Of a stretch of 64,000 bases of DNA, positions 49,441-60,462 are shown in pieces. The notes under the pieces were generated by a model. That model saw nothing but the letters and a program-made list of their open reading frames with translations. It was not told the DNA's origin and searched no databases. A program made the position numbers and the translations under genes. This DNA comes from Planctomycetota bacterium (GTDB taxonomy: Bacteria; Planctomycetota; UBA8108; SXIK01): assembly GCA_965223265.1 (NCBI GenBank), contig OZ244999.1:1472001-1536000 (forward strand), in the 5' to 3' direction. Position 1 is the stretch's first letter, and every line of letters begins with the position of its first letter.

Positions 49441-49977
49441 ATCGCGATTCTCTTGCTTTCAGGACTCTTGTTTTCTCGCTTTCTACTTTCGACGCATCGC
49501 TGCTTCACCAACGCTGCGGCAGGTGGGTCAGTTTAGCGTCGATTCCGGCTGAGATTCCACTGCGCGATCTCGAGCGTGGTGCGAGAAGGCCGTCCCGACG
49601 ACTTGAAGCTGCCGAGAGCGAGGAGTTCGCCGTGGGGCAGGCTAGTTGCGTGCGGTGGGGGCAGGCTTGGGAGATGCGACACTCGGCTGCAGTGCCTCGA
49701 CGGCGGCTTGCCAGTGACTATTGCGTGTTTCGTCGGTCGAGCGGCGCGAGACTGAGGTGATCGCGCACGCTGTGAGTGACTGCGAGGACGTTCGAGGACC
49801 AGCGTCGTAGACTCACTTCACGGCCACTCCACGAGCGATGCGGTTTTCGAGTTCCGCGGCGCTCTCTCGCGACGATTCCTTCTTGCCTGGAACTTTGGTG
49901 TAGGTTCTTCTTGAACCTTGGCATTGGCTCGGTTGAGGTCTTGTCCGAGTCGTCAACCGTGCAGGAGGCCTGTCGCG

Positions 49978-51561
49978 ATGAGTAAGTCGTTTCTTCTTTC
50001 CGTCTGTCTGGCAGGTGTCCCTACAGCTGCCTTCGCGCAACATGATCGAGGCAGAAACGCCGTGCAGCAGCTTGCGGCAGGTGAGCTCGATTCTGCCGTC
50101 GAACTTGTGAATCAGGAGACGAGGCGACGGCGAAGTCCGATCACTCCGGCCGAACGCCACTTCGTCTTAGCGATGATTGCGTGCCGCCGTGGCGACGTCG
50201 CCACCGCGAGCCATGAGGCGCGACGTGCGGTCGAGCTGGGGCTTCCGGTCGAACGTCTGCAGGCTGGACCACGCGAAGTCTTCGCACCGCTCTTCAGTGA
50301 CGAGGACTTTCGTGCCTGGGTCGACGCGCGAGGCGAGCGATTGCTCCACGGTCCGCTGCTCGGTGCCGTGACCGATGTCTCCGCACGCTTTTGGGTCCGT
50401 ACTGCGGCGGAGGAGTCTGTAGAGATCGAAGTCGTGCCGTCGGCTTCGTCCGCGACGTCGCAGTCTCGCGTCACTGCCCGGGCGAGGACATCTCAGCACG
50501 CCGACTACACCGCAGTCGTCGAAGTCTCGGGATTGTTGCCGGCGGCGTCTTACCAGTACAGCGTCCTACTGGATGGAGAGAAGATGGGACCGCCTGCGCA
50601 GTTCCGAACCCATCCAAAGCGTGGTGCGCCAGCGCGCTTTAGCATCGGCTTCGGCGGCGGCGCTGGATTGACGCCAAAGTACGAGCGCATGTGGACGACA
50701 ATCTCTGGCTATGCCTTGCGAGCCTTCTTTCTGCTGGGCGACAACGTCTACATCGACGACCCCACCCACGAGGTGACGCAGCGTTACTGTTACTATCGCC
50801 GCCAGTCACGCCCGGAATGGCGACGCTTCGCGGCGGGCGTCAGCGTGCATTCCATTTACGACGATCACGACTTTGGTTTGAACGATTGTATCCCGGGAGC
50901 GGCAGTCGACGAGCCAGCGTGGAAGCGGCATGTCGTCGACGTTTTTAGGGAAAACTGGAACAACCCGGCCTATGGCGGCGGCACGGAAAAGCCTGGTTGC
51001 TGGCACGACTTCTACATCGGCGACGTGCATTTCATCTTGCTCGACGGGCGCTACTACCGAGACCTCGACGCCGGCTCCATGCTGGGGACCACGCAGAAAA
51101 CGTGGCTTTTCGACACCTTGGAACGATCAAAGGGAACCTTCAAGGTGTTGGCATCGCCGGTGCCGTGGTCGCCGGGAGTCAAGCCCAGGAGCAGAGATAC
51201 GTGGGATGGCTATGCGGATGAACGCGAGGAGATCTTCTCATTCATCGAGCGCCGCGAGATCGAGGGCGTCGTGCTCATGGCGGCGGATCGTCACCGTTCC
51301 GACTTGCGTCGGATCAGGCGGCCTCGAAGCTATGATCTCTACGAGGTGATGAGCTCGCGCCTCACGAACGTCCATACCCATGGTCTGGTGAAGAACGCGA
51401 GAGGGTCTGAGTTCATCATGGGCTACAACGAGAAATGTTCATTTGGACTCATGCAGTTCGATACGACGTTAGACGATCCACAGTTGGCGTACAGAATCGT
51501 CACGATCGAGGGCGAAGTGGTCGGGTCGCGCGTGTTGCAACTGAGTGCGCTATCGTTTTAG
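49978..51561 (+). CDS. phoD: Alkaline phosphatase D family phosphoesterase with N-terminal TPR-like extension
   Basis: 'HGPLLGAVT', 'GDNVYID', 'DDHDF', 'LDGRYYR', 'DTWDGY..ER', 'DRH'. Confidence 0.88.
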   Translation: MSKSFLLSVCLAGVPTAAFAQHDRGRNAVQQLAAGELDSAVELVNQETRRRRSPITPAERHFVLAMIACRRGDVATASHEARRAVELGLPVERLQAGPREVFAPLFSDEDFRAWVDARGERLLHGPLLGAVTDVSARFWVRTAAEESVEIEVVPSASSATSQSRVTARARTSQHADYTAVVEVSGLLPAASYQYSVLLDGEKMGPPAQFRTHPKRGAPARFSIGFGGGAGLTPKYERMWTTISGYALRAFFLLGDNVYIDDPTHEVTQRYCYYRRQSRPEWRRFAAGVSVHSIYDDHDFGLNDCIPGAAVDEPAWKRHVVDVFRENWNNPAYGGGTEKPGCWHDFYIGDVHFILLDGRYYRDLDAGSMLGTTQKTWLFDTLERSKGTFKVLASPVPWSPGVKPRSRDTWDGYADEREEIFSFIERREIEGVVLMAADRHRSDLRRIRRPRSYDLYEVMSSRLTNVHTHGLVKNARGSEFIMGYNEKCSFGLMQFDTTLDDPQLAYRIVTIEGEVVGSRVLQLSALSF

Positions 51562-51654
51562 TGTCGACTGCTTCTGCAGCTTCCGCACCACTCTTCGTTC
51601 GACAGTCTCTTCGGGAGCGATCGAAATGACATCTCCGATGGAAGTCCTTCAACC

Positions 51655-52347
51655 ATGAGCACCTCACCCGATATCGACAACATCCTTACGAAAACGCTTG
51701 AGGACCACCGCCTGTCGCGGAGCGAGCGCCGTGCTTTCGGTGCGGTGCTAGACGGCATGAACCTGGAGAGGCGCGAGCTTGAGGTCATCCGGGCGAAGGC
51801 TTTCGATCAAGCAAGGGCTGCGCTTGCGGACGGACGCGACGCAGCGGTTCTTGAGTGGCTCGAAGATGTCGTTGCCGTGCTCGCCGCGAAAGGGAGTCCA
51901 GGGGCGCGCGGATCTCGGTCGGTGGCTTTTTTCAGTCCTGGCGAGGATTGCCGGAAATCGATTCGTGAGCTTGCGCGGTCAGCGCGCCGCTCGCTGTGGA
52001 TCTGCGTCTTCACGATTACGGACAACCGTATTGCCGATGCCATTTTGGATGCCTACCGGCGCCGAGTCGACGTGCGCATCCTCACGGACAACGAGAAGGC
52101 GGAAGACCTCGGCTCCGACATCGAAGGGCTCGAGCGCAGTGGCGTCCCGGTTCGAGTCGACGTCTCTGACAAGCACATGCACCACAAGTTCGCGATCGCC
52201 GACGGCAAGAGAGTCCTCACGGGCAGCTACAACTGGACGCGCGCCGCCGCGGAAGAGAACGAGGAAAACCTCGTCGTCAGTGACGACGTTCACCTTGTGC
52301 GGGCGTTCAGCGCCGAGTTCGAGAAGCTCTGGGCATTGTATTCGTGA
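51655..52347 (+). CDS. Phospholipase D superfamily protein (single HKD; Nuc/Zucchini-like)
   Basis: 'FFSPG', 'CVFTITD', 'MHHKFAIADG..V.TGSYNWT..A...N.EN'. Confidence 0.92.
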   Translation: MSTSPDIDNILTKTLEDHRLSRSERRAFGAVLDGMNLERRELEVIRAKAFDQARAALADGRDAAVLEWLEDVVAVLAAKGSPGARGSRSVAFFSPGEDCRKSIRELARSARRSLWICVFTITDNRIADAILDAYRRRVDVRILTDNEKAEDLGSDIEGLERSGVPVRVDVSDKHMHHKFAIADGKRVLTGSYNWTRAAAEENEENLVVSDDVHLVRAFSAEFEKLWALYS

Positions 52348-52430
52348 AGTGTGGCGCCAAGGTGACAGGCACACGGAGAGGTTGTGAACGTTGGATGGCA
52401 AAAGTCCGCCTCTGCGAGCTGAACGTCGGG

Positions 52431-54473
52431 TCAACAATCCAAACCATCGGGAGTCGGATCAAACCAGGCATGAAACACTCCCGGACTGGGAAACGCGCCA
52501 CCACCCTCGTAGAGGTGCGTTAGGGTGAAGAGCACATCTTCGATGTCGACGCGGCCGTCGTCGTTGGCGTCAGCAGCATCGTCACACGGAATCTGGTCCC
52601 TGCCGTGAAAGAGACGCTCGAGCGTGGCGACGATGTCGGCGAGATCGACGACGGCGTCGCCGTTTGCGTCGCCGCGTCGAAAGGCGCCGCGAATCGTCGT
52701 GGTGTTCACCAGGATCGTTTCAGGTCGACTTGAGCCGTCACGTGTGACACCGACGATCTTGTAGAGGAGGACACCTTGGGCCGTTTCGCGATACCCAGTC
52801 GTGCTTCCTGGGAGAGTTGCTACCAAACGTCCGTTACGTGCCACCTGAAGGAGGTCATAGAACCCGGTGGGACGCCAGGAAAGCTCCACAAAGGCTTTGC
52901 CGTGGCTGTCCCGGTAAGACTCAGCTTGCAGCTCGGCGAGAGCTCGTGCGGGTGGGGTCCCAAAGCGGATCTCTCCGGCGGCTACGACGTCGGGGAGCAC
53001 AGTCCGGCCATCGGTATTCGTGAACAGCGATGGGGTGAGACTGAAGTACCGTGAGATGAGGCTGATCGGCATTCGGTCCCCGTCGCTGAAAGCGCCTGGT
53101 TGGACAGAGAAATAGAAACTCCCGACGTGCTGCCTCAGTCCAGGGCGCAGTAGCTTCTCAGAGTCGCGACGTCCCAACAAATCAGGTAATACAGCAAGGA
53201 GTGGCCAACCGTAGTATCCGGTGACCTGCACGAAGTCAGCCTTCGGGTGGACAACGCTGCCCGCGAGCGAACGGCGGGCGTCTTCGATCAACGTCAACGG
53301 CGAGTTCTTGAGGTCGAGATTGAGTCCGACGCTGAATCCGAGATAGGACTGCGGCGTGGTGGCGTAGATCGGCACCTCGATCGTCGTCGCGTTGACTGGC
53401 ACGACGACGTCATCCACTTCGAACATCCACAGTCCCTGCGGAACACAGGTAGTCGGTGCGCTTGGGAAGCCGCGCAGCTCGCTGATGAGTGTGAATCCAT
53501 CGATCGTGGTTGTCATATCCTCGAGGTCGAATCGTTCCTCCGTGCCGCTGAGCCGCGTGAGGAACGCATCACCTTGGTAGACGTCGATGTGGTCGTAGGC
53601 GACTGGGTTTTCCCACGCGATCCCTCGCTCGTCGCAGCGTAGATCTCCGACTGGCGGTGGAGCGATCACCGTGACGTCGACGACACACTCGACGGGGAAC
53701 GACGCCACACCTTGCCGCAGCGCACTCACGAGATAGACGTATCGTCCGGGCTCCGTCACCGAATCGATGAACATTTCCGCGTTGCCCTCGAGGTTCGCTC
53801 GCAGCTTACCGCCTCGGAGAATCTCGACGGCGTCGTAGCTTTCGGTCGGCGTGAAGCGGAGGAACACTTCGTCAACCAGCTGTTCGCATCGGAGTTCTCC
53901 GACCGGTCGAGGGCCACGAGGAGGGTTGACCGTCACCCCTCCATGCGCCAGCCGGTCGACTGGAATGGATTGCCCCTTGTAGCTGAAAGTAGTGGGGCCT
54001 GCGGTCGCCTCCAGGGAGCGCCGTAGCTCGACCGGTGCGACTCCTGTCGCTGCCCCGGCGCGGATGCGAAACCGGAAATCACCAAGTCGATGGGTTCCGA
54101 GAGGAACTTGGCACGCTGCGCATGGGGGAACTCGAGCAAAGAAGGCCGCGGTGACCTCACCCGCCTCGAAAGTATTGGACTCGACGAAGAAGGCGTGGGT
54201 GGGGAGGATCGAAGCGTTGGGTTCGAACTCGACCAGTTGTAAGCGAGCGGCGTCATAGGCCAGATTGACTTGAGCTCTGTGGATCGGCGTCGCGGCCGTG
54301 CTCCTCAGCGGGACGGCAACGATCTCCCCGGGCTCTCCTGTCGCGACTCCGAGCTCGAGACGCGTTGTAGTCTCCTGCGCGTGCGTGGTGAGTCCGAGGC
54401 ATGCGACCGCGAGGCTGAGAGACCATGCCTCGTTTCTTACTCTTGGTGAGTGTTTCCAGGTTCGAGTGAACAC
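52431..54473 (-). CDS. Secreted protein with two cohesin-like domains, Ig/FN3-like modules and a C-terminal dockerin-like domain
   Basis: 'GEPGEIVAVPL...QVNLAYDAARLQLVE' and 'TIEVPIYA...GFSVGL' cohesin-like; C-terminal 'FRRGDANGDAVVDLADI...CDDAADANDDGRVDIEDV'. Confidence 0.7.
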   Translation of the reverse strand: MFTRTWKHSPRVRNEAWSLSLAVACLGLTTHAQETTTRLELGVATGEPGEIVAVPLRSTAATPIHRAQVNLAYDAARLQLVEFEPNASILPTHAFFVESNTFEAGEVTAAFFARVPPCAACQVPLGTHRLGDFRFRIRAGAATGVAPVELRRSLEATAGPTTFSYKGQSIPVDRLAHGGVTVNPPRGPRPVGELRCEQLVDEVFLRFTPTESYDAVEILRGGKLRANLEGNAEMFIDSVTEPGRYVYLVSALRQGVASFPVECVVDVTVIAPPPVGDLRCDERGIAWENPVAYDHIDVYQGDAFLTRLSGTEERFDLEDMTTTIDGFTLISELRGFPSAPTTCVPQGLWMFEVDDVVVPVNATTIEVPIYATTPQSYLGFSVGLNLDLKNSPLTLIEDARRSLAGSVVHPKADFVQVTGYYGWPLLAVLPDLLGRRDSEKLLRPGLRQHVGSFYFSVQPGAFSDGDRMPISLISRYFSLTPSLFTNTDGRTVLPDVVAAGEIRFGTPPARALAELQAESYRDSHGKAFVELSWRPTGFYDLLQVARNGRLVATLPGSTTGYRETAQGVLLYKIVGVTRDGSSRPETILVNTTTIRGAFRRGDANGDAVVDLADIVATLERLFHGRDQIPCDDAADANDDGRVDIEDVLFTLTHLYEGGGAFPSPGVFHAWFDPTPDGLDC

Positions 54474-54807
54474 GAGTGGGTCGGCACAACTTCAACGTTC
54501 TTGAGATGCCGCGGAACGCATGGATTCAGGCGCATAGCCTCCGAAGTGACGCAGCCGCTGCGCCTGTCTTGCGCCGAATTTTGCGCGATGATGCGAAGAT
54601 TTCCGCGCAGAGAGGCAATATGCACTGTGGACGCAGCTTCGTCTTGCACGCGGTGAGCAATCGAAGGACGAGGAATGGTGTTTGCTTAGAGAACCTGGAG
54701 ACATCGCTGGAGATGTTCCCTGAAGAACTCTGTGAGAGCGACTCGTCGTCGGTTCACGTCGATCGTCGAGATAGTCGTGTGGTAGATTCAGTAGATATGG
54801 AGATTCT

Positions 54808-55305
54808 ATGCAATCGGTCCGCGATGTGATGCAAGCGAGTCCGAAGGTCGTCTCCCCGCGGCTTCGCTGGGTCGAACTCGAGAGGCTCTTTCTGCGGGAG
54901 AAGGTCAGCGGTTTCCCCGTGGTCGAGGAGGGGAAGCTTGTCGGGATCATCACGCGCTCGGATGTCGTCAGGCATCTTGTGGTTGAGCAAAGCCTCTCTG
55001 AGAGCGTTACGACCGACGACTGGGAGGCGAAACTTGGGGAGTTGGACATTCATCGCCGCATCGATGAGGCGGCGATCCGCGTCGCCTGTCGCCTCTCAGA
55101 TCTCCACGTCGAAGACGTAATGATTCGTAGAGTCCACACACTCTCGCCCGAGCAGACGCTCGACGACGCCGCGCAGGTGTTTCTAGAGCATCACGTTCAT
55201 CGCGCACCGGTCGTTGATGAGGAGGCGAAGGTTGTGGGCATCGTGAGTAGTCTGGATTTGGTCGCAGCTTTCACGTTGCCCGGCGAAGGCCGTCGGACAC
55301 GATAG
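54808..55305 (+). CDS. CBS domain protein
   Basis: 'VRDVM', 'SGFPVV..GKLVGIITRSD', 'HRAPVVD...VVGIVSSLD'. Confidence 0.92.
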   Translation: MQSVRDVMQASPKVVSPRLRWVELERLFLREKVSGFPVVEEGKLVGIITRSDVVRHLVVEQSLSESVTTDDWEAKLGELDIHRRIDEAAIRVACRLSDLHVEDVMIRRVHTLSPEQTLDDAAQVFLEHHVHRAPVVDEEAKVVGIVSSLDLVAAFTLPGEGRRTR

Positions 55306-55365
55306 AGTCTCCTCACGATGCTGCACTGTTCTTGAAAGGCCGTGCGAAAAGGATCCGGCCGTGCA

Positions 55366-58056
55366 CTAACGTCGGGTATCTGTGGCGTGGACCGACGATG
55401 GCTCCAGGAGAGACCGGATCGTGTCTAGGAGCTTTTGCGCATCGACCGGTTTGCTCAGGTATGCGTCCATACCTGCGCGGAAGCAAGCCTCTTGGTCTCC
55501 GACGACGGCGTTTGCTGTCAGCGCGATGATCGGCAGCCTTCGACGCTGGGACGGGGACGCTTGAGCGGGGCGCACGTCCTCTGCAGTGCGAATCTTGCGT
55601 GTCGCCTCGAGCCCGTCCATCTCTGGCATCTGGCAGTCCATAAGGACGAGGGCGTACTCTGTGTTCGCCACCGCCTCCACTGCCTCCCGTCCGTTCGTGG
55701 CAACGTCACACGAGTACCCAGCCGACTGCAGCATCGCGATCGTAACGATTTGGTTGACCTCGTTGTCCTCGACGAGAAGAAGCTTGGCATCGAGGCAGGC
55801 CGTCTCGTCTGGCGCGGGCGTGTCGGATTTCTCGCTGCACGAGGACCCCGACAGACAAACGTCACGTAGGACGCTCGAGAGGTCGTCCTCTCGGACCGGT
55901 TTGCTTAACGAAGCAGCAAAATTTAGCTCCTTTGCTGCCTGGTCTGTCAGGTCGTGTCCCGGTGTTAACACTACCAGAGGCGTGTGTTGGATTTCGGGTG
56001 ACCGCCGAATCACCTTGGCCAATCCAACGCCGTCCATATCTGGCATGTTTCGATCGATCAGAGCCACCGAGAACTCTCGATGACTGTCTACTGCGCTCCG
56101 CAGGCGAAGCAGTGCGAGCTCTGCGTTGTTGACTGCGTCAACTTCGACTCCCCAAGCCGCGAGTCGATCGCCGATCGCGGCACGCTGCGCTGCGTTGTCG
56201 TCGACAACGAGAACGCGGATCCCCCGAAAATCTTTTGGCAACGTAACGGAGTTTTCGCTGTTCGACGCGGCACATCCGAACGTAATCGTACACCAGAATC
56301 TGGAGCCGACCCCAAGCTCACTATCAACGCCGATCTCTCCCCCCATCAGTTCAACAAGTTTCCTTGAGATCGCGAGTCCCAAGCCCGTGCCGCCGTACTT
56401 ACGTGTGGTGGATGCATCGATTTGACGAAACGACTGAAAGAGACGTCCACGTCGCTCATTGGGAATCCCGATGCCAGTATCTCTCACCTCGAACCGGACC
56501 TGAGTATCGGCTGCTTCGCGATTGGTCACTTGAACATCGACACAGATTTCACCCGACGTCGTGAATTTGCTCGCATTGTTCAGCAGGTTTGACAGCACCT
56601 GGCGCAACCTCACGCGATCTCCCTTCACGATCGTTGGGACATCGGGAGCGATGGAACAGATCAGCTCGACGTTGCGCTCAGACGTCGCCTTGGCGAACGA
56701 AGTCACTACGTCTTCTACTACAGTGCGTAGATCAAACGGGGCACGTTCGAGTTCCATCTTTCCCGACTCGATCTTTGAGAAATCGAGGACGTCGTTGATG
56801 AGCTTGAGTAAGTCGTCGGCTGACGATTTGACCACGTCGCAATATTGACGCTGCTTTGGATTCAGCTCCGTTCTGAACAGCAGTTGGAGCATGCCGATGA
56901 CTCCGTTCATCGGAGTACGGATTTCATGGCTCATGCATGCGAGAAACTCGCTCTTGGCGCGATTGGCGGCGTCAGCCGCGCGGGCTGCCTCCTTTTCACT
57001 TGCCACGAGAGCCTGAAGGCGCCGCGCCATGGCATTGAACGAGGTCGACAGCTTGCCGAGCTCGTCTCGAGAGTTTTCGGCGACGGAGGCTGTAAGGTCG
57101 CCTCGTGTGATGGCTTCGGAGGCTAGCATCAGCTCGTTGACTGGCTCCGAAAGTCTGTCGGCGATCCAGCGACTGACGACGAGAGCGAAAGCGGCCGCGG
57201 AGAGGCCACCGATGACCAACCAGATCCAAGCCTGCTCGTAGAGTGCTGTGACCGTTGCCAAAGACTTGCATAAAATGACCGTGAAGTTCTGATCCTTCAA
57301 CGCGATGGGAATTGCGAACGAGTCACCGTCCGCCATGCGTATCCTAAATGGAGATTGTCGTTCACTTGAGTGGTGGCTATGACGGAGCGCCGCTGCGAGT
57401 AGTTCTGGATGTGGTTCCTCGCCTGAGTCAACCTCCCATGACCTGGCTACGATCTGGCCATCGCCAAAGATGAGGACGTTTCTGCCTGTCACAAGGCGGG
57501 CTTCATCGGAGAAGGCAGAGTCGACCGGATCACCGACGGCCAGTACGCCGACGATCTGGGCGTCGACCACGATAGGGACAAGGGCAACGAGAAGGATGTT
57601 GCCGCGGTATTTCCAGAGGCCTGTGAACTCGCTGCCCGCCAGAGCGACTTCGACGCCAGGTAACGTTTGTAGGTTGTCCCCGGTGCTTGCGGAGTTCGAA
57701 GCGTCGGCGAGAAGTCGACCTGTGTTGCCCATGACGACAGCAAACGGCGCGTTCGCGAGTTCGCGCGCCTCAGTTGCCGTGTGGAACACCGTCTCATGGT
57801 CGACGCTCGCGATGTTCATGACTGCCTTGAGGTATGGAGTCTCCGCGATCGCCCGTGCTTTTCCAACGAGGAGCTCGTAGCGAAGAGAGAGGAATTGTTC
57901 ATAGGATCGTCGACCTTCGTGAAGATTTTCGGCGACCTCCTTCTCCGCGAATCTCTCGATGACGATGCCGATTGCGCTCAACGCGAACAGCGTCAGCGAC
58001 AGCACGACGACTCCCATACCGATGAACAGCTTGGTGCGAAACGAAAACGCGCTCAC
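55366..58056 (-). CDS. Hybrid sensor histidine kinase (TM-Cache-like-TM-HAMP-HisKA-HATPase-REC-REC)
   Basis: '[18 protein letters not shown]', '[10 protein letters not shown]', 'DTGIGI', 'GGTGLGLAI'; receivers '[11 protein letters not shown]' and '[11 protein letters not shown]'. Confidence 0.95.
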   Translation of the reverse strand: MSAFSFRTKLFIGMGVVVLSLTLFALSAIGIVIERFAEKEVAENLHEGRRSYEQFLSLRYELLVGKARAIAETPYLKAVMNIASVDHETVFHTATEARELANAPFAVVMGNTGRLLADASNSASTGDNLQTLPGVEVALAGSEFTGLWKYRGNILLVALVPIVVDAQIVGVLAVGDPVDSAFSDEARLVTGRNVLIFGDGQIVARSWEVDSGEEPHPELLAAALRHSHHSSERQSPFRIRMADGDSFAIPIALKDQNFTVILCKSLATVTALYEQAWIWLVIGGLSAAAFALVVSRWIADRLSEPVNELMLASEAITRGDLTASVAENSRDELGKLSTSFNAMARRLQALVASEKEAARAADAANRAKSEFLACMSHEIRTPMNGVIGMLQLLFRTELNPKQRQYCDVVKSSADDLLKLINDVLDFSKIESGKMELERAPFDLRTVVEDVVTSFAKATSERNVELICSIAPDVPTIVKGDRVRLRQVLSNLLNNASKFTTSGEICVDVQVTNREAADTQVRFEVRDTGIGIPNERRGRLFQSFRQIDASTTRKYGGTGLGLAISRKLVELMGGEIGVDSELGVGSRFWCTITFGCAASNSENSVTLPKDFRGIRVLVVDDNAAQRAAIGDRLAAWGVEVDAVNNAELALLRLRSAVDSHREFSVALIDRNMPDMDGVGLAKVIRRSPEIQHTPLVVLTPGHDLTDQAAKELNFAASLSKPVREDDLSSVLRDVCLSGSSCSEKSDTPAPDETACLDAKLLLVEDNEVNQIVTIAMLQSAGYSCDVATNGREAVEAVANTEYALVLMDCQMPEMDGLEATRKIRTAEDVRPAQASPSQRRRLPIIALTANAVVGDQEACFRAGMDAYLSKPVDAQKLLDTIRSLLEPSSVHATDTRR

Positions 58057-59087
58057 CGATACTTTCCCGGATACGGTTTGCCGAACTTATTTTTGTGCTT
58101 GATCGTTCTCGTCTTTTCGCGTGTTTGGAGATCGAGGCGTGTCAGAGTCGACTTCGAGACGGTGATTTCCTGTCGACTCGTTGCACCCCGTTCGTTCCAC
58201 GTGCGCATCGTGTACCGTCCATCGGGAACCTCGGTCAGGAGGAAGAATCCATCTTTGTCGGTGGTCGTGAAATAGGGGTTGTTCAAGACGATGATCGAGC
58301 AACTCATCTGGGGGTGAATATTGCAGAAGACCCGGACGACGCCGCTTTTGGAGAAGGTGACGGACCGCGTTTTTCCAGGCTCGTAGATGTTGAGATCGAA
58401 TGGACGTGCCTTCGACAGCGAGAAGACATTGTGAAACACTGTGTCGTCGTTGGGGAACTCGACAGTAGTTCCCTTGAGGATTGGTAGTACACTCGGAAGG
58501 AATCGACGTTCCTTCTGAGAGACCGACGGCCGTTGTCGAGAAGGATCGAACTTTCCCGGCACGCCGTCGAGGAAGACGACGACGTCTGAATGATCGCTGC
58601 GTCTCTGTCCGTCGTACGTCAGGATTTCCACTTTGCCGTAGATGGTGTTCTCTTCTGCCGGGAACAGCCCGATCTTCTCGTTGTTGCTACGGATTCTTAC
58701 GTGGCATGAGACGCAGCTTGTACGAATCTTCTGGATGGTGCCGCCGGGATCGGCGTTCGATCGAAGAGTCAGGTCCTGTGCTAGGTTCGCGATGACCTGG
58801 AGTTCTGCGCGCCAGCTTCCTGATCGTGGATCAATCTCGGATCGTGATTGCAGTGCTACCGTCGCGGCAGCGAAGAGTGATTCCGCATGCGTTGAGGCCT
58901 TGTCTGGTTGGCCTCTCGAAAGACTTTCCTCAATGGCTTTGAACGCGACAGAAAACTTCTTCATCAAGTGCTGATCGGCGTTCGCTGCTTCGTCTCTGGT
59001 GTGTTCCTTGATGGCAGGCTCTTCGGTCGCTACCGCAGTTGGCAGAAGGAGTAGGAGTGCCGGCACAATCGGCCACGCTTTTCGCAT
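58053..59087 (-). CDS. Periplasmic cytochrome c'-like (CxxCH) domain fused to a cupredoxin-like domain and a beta-sandwich
   Basis: Signal peptide; helical bundle ending CVSCH (58701-58715); 'FPNDD.VFHNVFS' plus 'FCNIHPQM' (58305-58325) give His/Cys/His/Met. Start re-called at ATG 59087 with a GGAGG RBS. Confidence 0.8.
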   Translation of the reverse strand: MRKAWPIVPALLLLLPTAVATEEPAIKEHTRDEAANADQHLMKKFSVAFKAIEESLSRGQPDKASTHAESLFAAATVALQSRSEIDPRSGSWRAELQVIANLAQDLTLRSNADPGGTIQKIRTSCVSCHVRIRSNNEKIGLFPAEENTIYGKVEILTYDGQRRSDHSDVVVFLDGVPGKFDPSRQRPSVSQKERRFLPSVLPILKGTTVEFPNDDTVFHNVFSLSKARPFDLNIYEPGKTRSVTFSKSGVVRVFCNIHPQMSCSIIVLNNPYFTTTDKDGFFLLTEVPDGRYTMRTWNERGATSRQEITVSKSTLTRLDLQTREKTRTIKHKNKFGKPYPGKYR

Positions 59088-59112
59088 GATCAATTCACTC
59101 CTCCACACAGGG

Positions 59113-60462
59113 TCAGAAGCTGAGGACGACTTCTGCACCGGCCAACCAACGGTCGTCGTCGCCAGGGCTGAATGGCGAGGCTCGAACGACCTCGAAGCGG
59201 TCGCCTCCAACCTCGGCCTTGAGGAGAACGTTTGGATTCGGGCGCCAACCGATGCCCAGCGAAAGTCGTTGAAAGCGCCTTGTGTCGTAGCCGAAGGCAG
59301 CATTGCCGCCTGCGGTGATCTTGCCGTCGGCGTGATAGCCGTCACCGGAGTCGTACGTACCGATCTCGCTGTAGCGTAGCACTCCGTAGATCGTTCGAGT
59401 GAAGTTGTATAGAGCTTCGACAGAGAACCAGAGGATGCGTCTGTCGAACGTGGAGTCGCGATCGTCGACGAATGCTTGGCCAAACGAGGCGGCCAAGTAG
59501 GCGCGATCGTCCCATGACACCTTGGCGTCGAGTTCATAGAGGAGCGCGTCCACTTTGCTACTATTGCTTGAACCCACCGTTGAGACGTGGGATGCCCCTA
59601 CCGGCTGGAAGTGACTGCCACCAAACTCGAAAGCGCTCTTTTCTGCTTTGCCGTTTCTCATGAAGCTGGCGCTGAGGTAGAGGGATTCGCAAGGATTTCC
59701 CCACACCTTCACGTTCACGGCCTTATCCTTGTTGTCTTCGACACTTCGCGCGTCGGTGCCGTCCGTCACGGCTACTAACCAGCCCACTTCGCGCGCTTTT
59801 CCGTAGAGCAGGATGCCTTCGTCGAATCCGTATGGGTACGCAGCAGAGTTGGTGATGAGAGGATTGTCCGAGGAGTCTTGCCAGAGATACTCCTCGCCGA
59901 ACGGGATGTCGATTCTACCAACCTTGATTCCGAGGAGATCGTCTCCCCAAGCTTTCAAAACGTTGCGAAAGTGAGCGTTGACCTCTCCGGTCCGAACGAA
60001 CAACGAGTCGTCTTTGCCGAGACGATTTGTTTGTACCTCGAAGAAGAGGGAGATGTCGTTCCATACGTCGGCCGAAAGAAACAGTGACGCTTCTTTGAGG
60101 AGGAAGCCGCCATCGGGCCTCAGCGCGTCTTTTCCCGTCGCTAAATAGTCGAAGGCACCAAAGCCGGCGATGCCGAAGTTCTGGTACCACGGTCTCGACA
60201 GGGGGTGTGAATCACCGGACTGTTCAAGGTCGTCATAGGTGACGTTCTCCTCGGACAGATCGACCTCTTGCGGCACACCGTCAGCTTCGGCAGACTCCAA
60301 GGCTTCGACCCGTTCGCGCAGTTCTTTGAGCTCGGCCCGAACGGCCGGCGGAATCTGCTCATCGGGTGTACTGGTTGCCGGGAGCGCGGGAGGGCCTCCA
60401 GCGACCAAGGAGGGCGTCGTCGCGCTTATGATCAACGCACAGCTGAGAACGTGCCGATGCAC
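59113..60462 (-). CDS. Outer-membrane porin-like beta-barrel
   Basis: Signal peptide, coiled coil 'ELKELRERVEALE', 'KVGRIDIPFG.E', amphipathic strands, 'NPNVLLKAE', terminal F. Confidence 0.8.
   Translation of the reverse strand: MHRHVLSCALIISATTPSLVAGGPPALPATSTPDEQIPPAVRAELKELRERVEALESAEADGVPQEVDLSEENVTYDDLEQSGDSHPLSRPWYQNFGIAGFGAFDYLATGKDALRPDGGFLLKEASLFLSADVWNDISLFFEVQTNRLGKDDSLFVRTGEVNAHFRNVLKAWGDDLLGIKVGRIDIPFGEEYLWQDSSDNPLITNSAAYPYGFDEGILLYGKAREVGWLVAVTDGTDARSVEDNKDKAVNVKVWGNPCESLYLSASFMRNGKAEKSAFEFGGSHFQPVGASHVSTVGSSNSSKVDALLYELDAKVSWDDRAYLAASFGQAFVDDRDSTFDRRILWFSVEALYNFTRTIYGVLRYSEIGTYDSGDGYHADGKITAGGNAAFGYDTRRFQRLSLGIGWRPNPNVLLKAEVGGDRFEVVRASPFSPGDDDRWLAGAEVVLSF

Noticed and set aside
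49441-49977. Long intergenic region with short pyrimidine-rich and GTGGGGCAGGCT repeats
   Set aside because: Repeats are too short and too few to support a call; no riboswitch consensus recognised.
51655-52347. PLD nuclease as an anti-phage system component
   Set aside because: No helicase, methylase or other defence genes adjacent.
59088-59537. N-terminal extension of the cytochrome/cupredoxin ORF
   Set aside because: Overlaps the porin gene; RBS and signal peptide support 59087.
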